Of a stretch of DNA of 64,000 nt, positions 52,869 to 64,000 are shown in pieces. The notes beneath the pieces were generated by a model, which was given only the letters and a program-made list of their open reading frames with translations, was not told the origin of the DNA and made no database searches. Both the position numbers and the translations under genes were made by a program. Every line of letters begins with the position of its first letter. The stretch's first letter is position 1. Origin of the DNA: Pecten maximus (taxonomy: Eukaryota); assembly GCF_902652985.1 (NCBI RefSeq), contig NC_047026.1, forward strand, positions 9,734,001-9,798,000. Direction: 5' to 3'.

Positions 52869-54790
52869 AATGATAATCGCCCTGGTTATATAACCATATT
52901 GTCCTTTTGAACGTGTGATTATACATGTATGTGTATTTAGGAATATCGATGTAGATATATATAGGACAATGGTAAAAAGGATTCGCCAACCGCTACATTT
53001 TAAATTAAATTTATGTTATCAACTATGAATAAATCAAGTAAAGAAGAAGATGTTTCAGTAAAGTTCGTCGGTTCATTTAATTTACTAGTTGTATCGAAGA
53101 ATAACGACTTAGAATGTCGTTGGTATGTATTGATATTCGAACGTATGGAATTAATAAGATTTTCATTAAAATCTCCAATTATGAAATAATTATCAATGTC
53201 TGTATCAATGGCAAAGTCTATGTAGTGTTCTAAGAAACCCCATATTTCATTTTTAAAATTTGGAGGTCTCTAAAATGTTCCAATCAGTATATCAGTATGG
53301 TTAATATTTAACTCAAATGCATTCCAAATTCGCAACTTCAAGATCATTTCGTCAATGTACTTTTATGTTTCCATTAACATACACTGCAATCCTGCCGCCT
53401 ATTCGGTTATATCTGGTTTTCAATCATGGGGGTGGAATTTGTCATTTAGCAAATCATCGGACGTTTCAGTTATATAATTTAACCATGTTTTAGTTAAAGC
53501 AATCATATCAAAATCCTCAAGTTCAGACATGATGAGGTCTATTTTTGGCAATAAACTTTGTACATTATAGTGAACTATTGATATATCACACTTATTATCA
53601 AATGACACGGTACTGTATGATGAATTGGTATCTTGGGACCATGGTCTGAGTCTGAGGGACCAGGATTAATTTCAACATCTCCATATCGATATAACAAGTA
53701 TATAATCTAATAATTGATTACCAATAGTAAAGAACAAATGCAAAAATATCAGAATATCATATAAAACTTGTTACTTTGATGGTCTGTTATCTGATTCTGC
53801 TTAATTTTTTTCGCTAAATCAGAACCAGTGAGCATGGCTGATATCTGGGGAAAATAAAGAATATTTGACGTTAGTGAAAAACAACAATTACAATGCACGC
53901 ATGCATGTTCTGTATTGGGGAAGTAAGCAAGTTTAATAAGCTTAATAAGTTAAAGAACCGGAAGTGGAAAATACCACGAAAGTATTAAATTAGCAAACAT
54001 AAATGCTGTTTTTCGTCTCTCAATCCAGTTGCACGCATTAGAAATAACTCTTTTAAGATATATTTCAAATGTTTGTGTGTTTTCGTTGTTATAATTTTTT
54101 GTTTTGTTTTTGATGGGCGTCCATGTCTGATCATACAATTAAAATTTTAAGAAAATAGAAAGCTTCATAGTAATGTCGGCGACCCCCGCCATAGTCTTTG
54201 TCAACATCCACACCTGTTGAAAACCTTTACATTATAAACTTTTGAATATTTTTTTCTCTTTACCTGGTCATGACCGAATCTGTTTCGATCAAGATCATCT
54301 CGTTACTGGCTCTGACCGGATCCACCGGGTGATACCGGAAGTTACGAATCCGACGGGGAGTATCTACCTGAAGGGCGTAAGGACATGGCTGGGGTATGTT
54401 TTATAGTGATACGTGGCATTTTAACATACTATCGGAAATATGATGATACCCACGGAATTCTACGCTATTTCCTTTATACATATCAGTAATTCGTTAATCT
54501 TATAAACTTGCCGTGTTTGATTGATGCTCAATATTATCCGGCTGCCCTATTGTCAAACGACGTATTTGCTATGATATTTGTCAAAAATACCCAATAATCG
54601 CGATCAAAACACGATGGACAGAGTTTTGGGCCTTTTGGCATTAAACATTGACTACAATAAAATATTAGTAATCAACGATTCGTTTGGATTACAGCTATAA
54701 AGTACCTCAATTGGCTAATTATAATGACACGAAAAAAATCCGACGGGGAAAATCTCTCTCCAATATCTGATTCCGACGGGGAATATCAGT

Positions 54791-55025
54791 TTTGATTGAT
54801 TTAAACATATTTTTATTGTTCAATATAACAACAAGGATAAGGCACAAGTTATCTCAACTTAGAAACGCCTTCTCCCAAAATACATTGTATAACTATAACA
54901 TATCTACAATAATATACACTATCACCAATTAAGTTTTCTAGAGTTAGATATTTGTTAAGAAAAGGAGAGCTGAAAAGCCAGGAAGAAGAGAGCAACAAAC
55001 AAACAAACAAAAACAAAAAAAAAAA

Positions 55026-55066
<41 letters not shown>

Positions 55067-58000
55067 CTATTGAAGTGAATTATTTTTAAGTGACCTTAGA
55101 ACCGATTACTATTTTTAATATAGGTCTGTACGGATTTAAAAATATATTCGTTTTGCTGGTCTGACAGGTTTGGAGAACCACAAAGAACAACATTGATTGT
55201 GACATTACAATATGGAGAAATGTTGTTGAATACAATTTCACGTTGTCTTCTATATAATATACATTCTAAAAAATAATGCACAACATTTTCACATTCATTT
55301 CCACATTCACATGATGGGTCATTAATTATATTAACTCGAAACAAATCATATTTTAAACTGCTACAAGCATGTCGCAACCTTGTATGTAAAACATTTAATT
55401 TTCTGTTTCCTACATGATAAAATAAAGGCAACGCGTCAAGGTTGTGTTGGATTTTAGATTTAAAACAATTGACGGATGGTTGCTCTCTGACATCGATTGG
55501 TAAATTGTTCCATAACCTAACAGTAGACGGAAAAAGAGATTCATAAGAAATGGATAATCTATAATTTTGGACAGTGTAGTTTTGGTTATTTCTGACATTA
55601 TACATATTACGCTCCCCTACTCTTGGAGGAAGTAGATTACTTAAATAAGAAGGAGTTAGATTATTATGAAGTTTATACATAAGTGAAAGTTTCTTTAATT
55701 TTCTTCTTTCTGATAATGGTTGAAGTTGGGATTCTTTATATAGAGATTGTTTACTAGAAAAAGAAGGCATGCCTGTGATAACTCTTGCTGCTTCTAGTTG
55801 GACTTGCTCGAGCTTGTTTACGTCTGTCAGAGAACAACCATCCCATACTTCACATGCATATTCTAATACTGGCAGCACAAATACTTTGTATATCCGTAAT
55901 AGTGTCTTTTTATTCAACAAATATTTAAATTTTCTTAATACCGATATTTTTTTCATACAAGCTTTTTGGATTTCTGATATATGTAGAGACCACTTTGCAT
56001 CTGAACTAAAAGTTACACCTAAATGTCTATGGTTTTCAACACAATTCAAAATTTCATTCCCAAAAGTAAGTTGCATAAGTGGCACGTTTTTGGAATTTGT
56101 TATGAATAATACATCAGTTTTTTGTGGGTTGAATTTAGTAAGCCAGTCTTGGGACCATTGATTAAGTTTCTGTAAATCACTATCTAAAGATCGTTGAATA
56201 TCTTCACAAGATGATGAAGGAAACATCAAGGAAGTATCATCGGCAAATAAACGTGAAACACTAGTCAGATTATCAACAATATCATTTATGTAAATTAAAA
56301 ACAAAAGTGGTCCCAAGACACTTCCCTGAGGAACACCTGCATTTGTGGAGCCTTGATCAGAATATACATTTTTTACTAAAACTTGTTGCTGCCGTCCCGA
56401 TATATAATTTTTTAACCAACGTAATAGATTACCTCTAATACCATATGCTTCTAATTTAATCAATAAACCCTTGTGCCATACACGGTCGAATGCTTTTGAT
56501 ATATCACAAAAAATAAGACAGGTGTGTTTTTTTCCCTCAAGAGAACAACATATATTATGGTACATTTCTATTAGTTGGTGTACTGTAGAATGACAAGACA
56601 TAAACCAGATTGTTTTTCATAAAATAAGGAGTTATCAAGGAAGTAATTATAAATATACTTGAACACTACTCTTCCGAAAACTTTACCGATACATGATAAC
56701 AAAGTAATAGGGCGATAATTGGACACCACATGCCTGTCCCCCTTTTTAAATAAGGGTAAAACAATTCCTTTCTTCCAAATAGTAGGAAAAACATTTTGGT
56801 TTAATGACATATTAAAAAGAATTGCCAATGGCTTACATACGGAATTTGCAGTGTATTTTAACATGTGGTGGCTTATACTATCGTGACCAGATGCTTTTCC
56901 TAATCTGAGAATTTTTAAGATATCACAAATCTCATCAAATCGAATAACAAGAGAATCAAGGTAAGAATTTGTTCTACAGTTATATGTGGGTAATGGAATA
57001 TCCCTATCATCTATAGTTGAAATAGAGCAAAAATAATTATTCAATATATTAGATTTTTCAGTATCATCAAGTTCAACATTTCCATTATCAGGATTTACTT
57101 ATGGTGGAATAACTTCCTGTAAACCAGACTGTTTAACTAATTTACGAACAAGTTTCCAATACGATTTAGGATTACTAGTATCAAGTTTATCAATTACATC
57201 ACCAACATTATCATAAAATAATTCCCTCGCGTGCTTTTTCATGTTATTAACCTTGTTTCTTTGGTTTTTATAGTTGACTTGATAGGAGGTTGATTTTACA
57301 CGTTTAAATTCTTTATGGAATCAGTCTCGTAACCGCATAGCTTTCCTGAGTTCAGAGTTCATCCAAAGTTTATCATGGGGTCTTATAGTAACTATTTTTT
57401 AGGGATACATTCTTCAGCAAAAGATAAAAACTGCTCGGTAAATTTAACACTAGCAATATCAACGGAATCAAAATTTTGAAAAAATGAGGTCCAATCAAAA
57501 TGATTTATCAAAACGTTAAACTTATTAAAATCAGCATGTTTGTATGACCAAACTTCACGAGCATAAGTACGAGAAAGGTTTACTGGTACAGACAAAAATA
57601 TTACACAAGCGTCATGATCGCTAATGGTACGGTCAATTGCAATGACGTGTGAATCATTACATTTAGAAATATCACTTATTAAAATTGGATCTAGTAAACT
57701 ATGTCTTGTCATTCCATGCCTGGTTGGTTCATTAATAACATTTGTCAAATCTAGTTCTAACATTATTTGATGTAAAACATGATTATGTGATAAGGTAAGT
57801 AAATCAACATTAATATCTCTAACAATTATCACATTGGATGTAATTTCTAAAGCTTTCTCCACTGAATATTTAAAATTTTCCCAAAAGGGATGACATGAGC
57901 CTTCTGGTCTGTATACAGTACCTAATGATACAATTTGATTCGGCATTTCAACTTGTATCCATATAATTTCTCCACCCATCAATTCAAGGTCAACTCTTCT

Positions 58001-58278
58001 AACACATTTTAAAGAATCGGAGTAGTAAACTAGTATCCCTCCACCCGAGAAATTTCCATCTTTCCTAAAAGGCTCCACAAAACCTGGTATAGTTAAATCA
58101 GCTGAAGATACTTGATGGTCTAAGTGTGTTTCGGTAAAACACAAAATATTAAATTCATTTGTGATATTTTCAATATATTCTAACTTATTCCTTATGCTTC
58201 TACTATTTAAATGAAATATAGACAATTCATTTTCCGGGGGACCGGGGTTGGTTTCTATGTCTATGTCTAATACTAACA
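54791..58278 (-). mobile_element. Young 5'-truncated CR1-group LINE with an 11-bp TSD (GGAATATCAGT)
   Basis: TSD at 54780-54790 and 58279-58289; AATAAA-containing tail; ORF2 has only a handful of lesions. Confidence 0.92.
55096..57044 (-). pseudogene. LINE ORF2 reverse transcriptase and C-terminal CCHC domain (frameshift near 56600)
   Basis: NYRPITLL, DISKAFDRVWH, GVPQGSVLGPLLFLIYIND, LFADD, CECG..HYFLEC. Confidence 0.93.
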
Positions 58279-58303
58279 GGAATATCAGTACACAGGCTTT
58301 CAT
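57392..58303 (-). pseudogene. LINE ORF2 N-terminus: 2A-like peptide and APE endonuclease
   Basis: DIETNPGP; HLNSRSI, CFTETHL, GGGI, VYRP, DIN, LLDPI, SDH. Confidence 0.9.
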
Positions 58304-59387
58304 TTGATTTTTATTCAGATATCAAATATTTGTAATCAATATGACACATGATTTCTTTTATTTCCAGATAATTCTAGATTTACCCAGTTATCGGAAGATT
58401 CTGGTGTTTTACATTTGATCCAGGGACTTCTTACCCGTTGACGTTTATGCGTATTTTTTGTAGGCGTAATAAAACGTTTAAGTTTTGGAGTTAACGAAAT
58501 TGGATTTAACCCTTTTTTGGGCGCCTGAAGCCACAACGAACTCTTTTTACGTGTTGGCATTATCCTTAAAATTAAAGGAAATAAGTGTTGACGTTATTAA
58601 AGTCTCTGCTTCAAAATTCATTGGTAAGGGGTTGATAAATTGATATTCTATATTTGATCAACAATAGCTCGAAAACGAGCACATCGACATATGATTTTTC
58701 ACCATTTTGTGCTATGGCATGACATCCGACTCCAAAAATAGATACGAGAAAACAAGTTTAACACAGGAAAATTCTGGCTTCTCAGAGGTGTACAATTCCT
58801 GTTATCATTCATACAACATATCAGTAATTCGTTACACACATGATTGAATCTAACGTATGGAGTAATTGACGGGTACAATTGCAGATTTAAATTATTTCAC
58901 TTGGCTTACGGAGGAGGTTAGAAACATTTTCTGTTAGATGCGCATGCTTCATGGAGCTTTATTCAGTTTTTTTTTAAAAGTTTATTGGCAGTTTCGCTTA
59001 TTCTATTCTGAACAATATCATAAGTGGAATTGAGCTTCATAAGATCGAAAGCAACTGGACCCATTCAGTTTTCAGTTAGACTTATTACATTTTGATAACT
59101 GAGCCCTGAACACGCGTGTAGCGCAATACACACACTGTACGATGCTTGACATACTTGTTCATGTCTATATTTACATTTGCATTGCAGCCCCATTATATAA
59201 CTTTACCAAACTCACTTGAAGGTTACGAGTCCATAACGTCATTACTATAATTGTCACGTCGGCGATAACGAAAGATGGCCGTTGAAAAGGTGGTTCCGTC
59301 TTTGACAATGATAATTTGTTCATTCATCGTCGGAGCAAAATTCCTGGATATACAGTAGTCTTTAAAAATCGTTGTCAAATGTAAGTA

Positions 59388-59537
59388 TAGGCATTGAACT
59401 GCTTTCATTTGGAAGTTATGGGCTGATGAATGCCAACTGGACAAAGGCAAATTCGCTAGCGCGCTTCATTAAATTTGCCTTTGTCCAGTTGGCATTCATC
59501 AGCCCATAACTTCCAAATGAAAGAAGCTCAATGCCTA
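59388..59537. repeat. Near-perfect hairpin, ~66-bp arms (inner 52 bp perfect), 18-nt loop
   Basis: 59402-59453 is the exact reverse complement of 59472-59523. Confidence 0.95.
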
Positions 59538-60821
59538 AGTATCACACAGTCGCGACTTTGTGTACTGATATTCCCCGTCGGATTCAGATATTGGAGAGAG
59601 ATTTTCCCCGTCGGAATTTTGGGTGCCATTATAATTTGCCAATTAAGGTACTTTATAGCTGTAATCCAAACGAATCGTTGATTACTAATAGTTTATTGTA
59701 GTCAATGTTTAATGCCAAAACTCTGTCCATCGTGTTTTGATCGCGATTATTGGGTATTTTTGACAAAAATCAAAGCAAATTCGTCGTTTGACAGTAGGGC
59801 AGCCGGATGATATTGAGCATCAATCAAACACGGCAAGTTTATGAGATCAACGAATTACTGATATGTATAAAGGAAATAGCGTAGAATTCCGTGAGTATCA
59901 TCATATTTCCGATAGTATGCTAAAATGCCACGTATCACTATAAAACATACCCCAGCCATGTCCTTACGCCCTTCGGGTAGATACTCCCCGTCGGATTTGT
60001 ATATACTCCCCGTCGGATTCGTAACTTCCGGTATCACTCGATGGGATCTGTATCGAGATCCTCTCGTTACGGTTTCTGGTCGGATTTGTATCGAAGTCCT
60101 CTCGTGACTGGTTCTAAGCCGGCATGTATCGAGAGTTTTTCGTTATACTCAATATTTGTACGACATTGACTTTGAGGTGAAGTCAACCCGCACATGCCGG
60201 GTCCCCGGGGTCTAATATATATCTATTCGCATTTACTAACCTGTACAGAATTTTACATGGTGGTAGTGTGTGTGTGAGGCTAATACAGCGACCGTGGGAA
60301 TTAACAGTGTATTACTCTTAGTCTAGCTACATGTAACCCTGCTCTAGCATCCACAGGCTGTCTTAACGATGAAGTTAAGTCAATCAATTAAATCTATTAT
60401 AATTTCGTTACCGATATATTGTGGAGTAACCTGTACGATTTCCCTACTGATATGAAGTTCGCTAGTGCTATAATCATCTGGTATCAATCCTAGGAGATTC
60501 TGCGGTCTTGGGAGATAATGAATATTTAAAATGATTGTCGTCTAGTTTCGAGTTCTCTACACTGATAATGTGTCAACGAAACCAATTACTACAATCAATG
60601 CATTGGAATGATGACAATAAATATATTGGAATAACGACAATATATACACTAAAAACGACGAACAAAATTGTGTTGATAAATAAGAAAATTGTAAATATAA
60701 TTTGATTTAATCGTTCATATACCTCTTGCATTCTAAACATCATGTGATGATATAGGCCCCCAACTCTTCACTTATTCATAAACAATTACGATTTAACTTA
60801 CATCAACTTATACTTATGTTA

Positions 60822-60965
60822 ATCACCCATGTCGGCACGAATGACCGAGGGGTCTTACTGAGGAAGGTAACCGGAATACCAGGATAGCGTCACTTGGTCC
60901 GGCGACGTGACCGCTGTGCCTTTTCACGTCGATAAGTGAAAGGCGAGCGATCTACCACGACGCTA
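60822..60965 (-). mobile_element. tRNA-derived SINE, family A copy 3 (diverged, internally deleted)
   Basis: Minus strand reads CGCCTTTCAC..CGTGAAAAGG..GGTCAC..GGTATTCCGGTT..AGTAAGACCCCTCG. Confidence 0.7.
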
Positions 60966-61253
60966 GGGAAATCTCACTAAACTGTAATCAGAACACAAAT
61001 CTAATAATATTAACTAACACATAAAACAATATGTCCCAATAAACCAGTATTTCCATTTGTGAATCTGAATAACTGGAATAATTAGATTTTTAAGGAGCAC
61101 TGTTCGCTATCCTCGTATTAAACTGGATTCATCGTAAACAACACCTCGGTGTGACGTCGAATGTGTTCCTCAACGGTACTAAATTAACTAGGGACAAGGC
61201 AGAATGTCTATTGGAGCGCTCAATAGCCTATGAAGGCAGGATTTTAGCCAGGA

Positions 61254-62075
61254 AAGGAATGGTCCTATCCAAGAGGTTTAACATGTGAGGGAATGGTCCT
61301 ATTCATGTGAGGGAATGATCCTAACCATGTTAGGGAATGATCCTATCCATGTTAGGGAATGATCCTATCCATGTGAGGGAATGATCCTATCCATGTGAGG
61401 GAATGGTCCTATCCAAGAGGTTTAACATGTGAGGGAATTGTCCTATCCATGTGAGGGAATGATCCTATCCATGTGAGGGAATAGTCCTATCCTTGTGAGG
61501 GAATGGTCCTATCCATGTGAGGGAATTGTCCTATCCATGTGAGGGAATTGTCCTATCCAAGAGGTTTAACATGTGAGGGAATGGTCCTATCCATGTGAGG
61601 GAATGATCCTATCCATGTTAGGGGATGATCCTATCCATGTGAGGGAATTGTCCTATCCATGTGAGGGAATTGTCCTATCGATGTGAGGGAACGGTCCTAT
61701 CCAAGAGGTTTAACATGTGAGGGAATATGGTCCTATCCATGTGAGGGAATGGTCCTATCCATGTGAGGGAATTGTCCTATCCTTGTGAGGGAATGGTCCT
61801 ATCCATGTGAGGGAATTGTCCTATCCTTGTGAGGGAATGGTCCTATCCATGTGAGGGAACGGTCCTATCCATGTGAGGGAATTGTCCTATCCATGTGAGG
61901 GAACGGTCCTATCCAAGAGGTTTAACATGTGAGGGAATATGGTCCTATCCATGTGAGGGAATGGTCCTATCCATGTGAGGGAATTGTCCTATCCATGTGA
62001 GGGAACGGTCCTATCCATGTGAGGGAACGGTCCTATCCAAGAGGTTTAACATGTGAGGGAATGGTCCTATCCAAA
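61254..62075. repeat. 22-bp minisatellite ATGTGAGGGAATGGTCCTATCC with a recurrent 12-bp insert AAGAGGTTTAAC
   Basis: Directly visible. Confidence 0.96.
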
Positions 62076-63465
62076 TAATTTTGGCAAATTTTATGCGAAT
62101 GATCAGCGGTTAATGTAAGGTAGATATTGCAAAGTAACTCCTGCTAGTAATTTGAAGTTTAGAGCCTTGTAGGACTGAAGCACCTCTTTGGTGGCTCGCC
62201 CGGCTTCTTATTCTGTACTATATCACACTTGTTTTGTTTTTGTGTACGCGAAAATAAATATAGATGAAGAATGATATACAATGTAGTTCATAGTTCGGTA
62301 TTCATATATTTATATGGAAGAATATTTGCAATTAATGTCGGTCAATGAATGTTATATTTTGGTATTCATATTGATTAAATGCTTGTCTACAGCGCAAGGC
62401 GGGCAAGCTGACATTGGTGTATTGTCTTTTCTGACGTTGTACGGATTGGACCAAAGCTCCCCGACAGTTAAGGGTCTGAACCCTGATCCCTCTCTGAATA
62501 CATTGATAATTTTTAGGCCAGGTCAGAATATGTTTACTAATCCGACTTTTATCTAAGCTCAGGAACACATGATTACCACCGGTCCAGTTGAAATCATCAT
62601 TAAAGGTCAATTCAATTAAACTTTATTAGCACTTTTGTAATTACAAATGAAATTTGATGGTTAAATATATACATATATAAATAACTTATCTCGACATGAC
62701 GTCATAGGCCTAAATATATAGCTTCTTTTCGCAATACACTGTTGATCTGAGGTTTTTGGTCATGATTTCTGTTTAGAACAACCAGTTCCACAGGGGACGT
62801 ATTTCTATGTCTAATCGATCTTGATTCATGCAGGTATGGTTTCTGAGCAAATGTTGACATTAATGTCAACGTGGTTCAAGCATGCAAAATAGTATTAAGT
62901 CACAAAACCGCCAAAAAAAAAAAAAAAAATTCTCCATACACTTAACTGTATACCATGATCTCCGAACTCCCAAGGCTCGCTATCCTATGTGTCCCTCCTA
63001 CCATTCCTTTTTACAATACAGATGATTTAAATTGTATATAATGTCACAAGTGCATGTACTTGCTATATGTTGGTCGTACACGTAAAAATCACATTTGAGG
63101 TAAAAGTAGATTTCAATTCATTTCTTGAGGAAAAAAGGCTCCTTACACAGAATTCGATTTATCAATTTCCATAAATTGAATTGCGGGTTCCTTAATTCGA
63201 AATACGATTATTCATTAATTTTGTTGCAACTACGTAGTAGAGTAATTTATATCAAATTGATAGACAGCTACAGTTATATCAAGTCATCAAAACTAGATAA
63301 TGATATGATGAATGAAAAGAAAAAAGAAAACTTTTGACAAAGTTGACGTAACGTAATTGAATTGTCGACGTGATGTCATGGTATTGTTGCCGTGAAGTCA
63401 TACATTTGTTGAGAATGTGCAGAATGGTGGATATCTCTGTCAAAGATCACTTTCAGCACAAGCGA

Positions 63466-64000
63466 AGAGTGAAAAACATGACATAGTCACACAACGTCGG
63501 GATGAGTGAAACATGACATAGCCACACAACGTCGGAACGAGTGAGAAACATGACATAGTCACACAACATCGGGACGAGTGAGAAACATGACATAGTCACA
63601 CAACATCGGGACGAGTGAGAAACATGACATAGTCACACAACGTCGGGACGAGTGAGAAACATGACATAGCCACACAACGTCGGGACGAGTGAGAAACATG
63701 ACATAGTCACACAACGTTACGACGAGTGTAAAACATGACATAGCCACACAACGTCGAGACGGGTGAGAAACATGACATAGTCACACAACGTCGAGACGGG
63801 TGAGAAACATGACATAGCTACACAACGTCGGGACGAGTGAGAAACATGGCATACATAGTCACACAACGTCGGGACGAGTGAGAAACATGACATAGTCACA
63901 CAACGTCGGGACATAGTAACACAACGTCAGGACGAGTAAGAAACATGACATAGTCACACAACGTCGGGACGAGTGAAAAGGATGACATAGTCACACAACG
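63466..64000. repeat. 37-bp tandem repeat GAGTGAGAAACATGACATAGTCACACAACGTCGGGAC; runs off the right edge
   Basis: Directly visible, ~14 copies. Confidence 0.96.

Larger units (their letters stand above)
45630..53950 (-). mobile_element. Decayed CR1-group LINE (2A-APE-RT), split by a MITE and an Academ insertion
   Basis: GDVEINPGP, then HYNVQSL..IALTKTW (APE), NYRPISL, KWLVTFNPDKT, HKHLGVWFS and a 3' stem-loop tail; the reading frame WLYNQGDY|LFNIKLGEID rejoins across the Academ. Confidence 0.88.
54323..60043. mobile_element. DNA element with ~480-bp TIRs, a CAC terminus and a 5-bp GGATC TSD (Transib-like hallmarks), non-autonomous
   Basis: Left arm 54323-54790 (plus 58290-58294) is the reverse complement of 59559-60043; GGATC at 54318-54322 and 60044-60048; the empty site restores a 38-bp tandem unit. 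Confidence 0.82.

Noticed and set aside
63466-64000. Hammerhead-like look (GACGA..GAAAC..GTC) in the 37-bp repeat
   Set aside because: Lacks the CTGA core, stem II and a contiguous stem III

Overview
AT-rich eukaryotic genomic DNA. The transposon repertoire (V-domain tRNA-SINEs, CR1-type LINEs, Academ) suggests a marine invertebrate, probably a bivalve mollusc (inference). There is one intact host gene: a rhodopsin-class peptide GPCR with an intronless CDS, most like GPR83 (31117-32394, +), preceded by a splice acceptor and two overlapping uORFs. The rest is about 15 unrelated tandem arrays (units 18-55 bp, which produce most of the long spurious ORFs) and nested mobile elements. (1) A young LTR element (421-bp LTRs, tRNA-His primer-binding site) lacks gag and pol but keeps a viral envelope/fusion-like gene whose cytoplasmic tail has PPxY and YPxL motifs; it sits in a 43-bp satellite next to a solo LTR. 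(2) Two CR1-group LINEs each have a picornavirus-like 2A (DxExNPGP) motif before the endonuclease. (3) A deleted Academ transposon and a MITE interrupt the first LINE. (4) A CAC-ended element with a 5-bp TSD and ~480-bp TIRs (Transib-like hallmarks) hosts the second LINE, which has an 11-bp TSD. (5) Three sequence-unrelated non-coding elements share a terminal-palindrome plus internal inverted-repeat architecture. No CRISPR array, rRNA or bona fide tRNA gene was found. All family assignments come from motif recognition by eye, without database searches.
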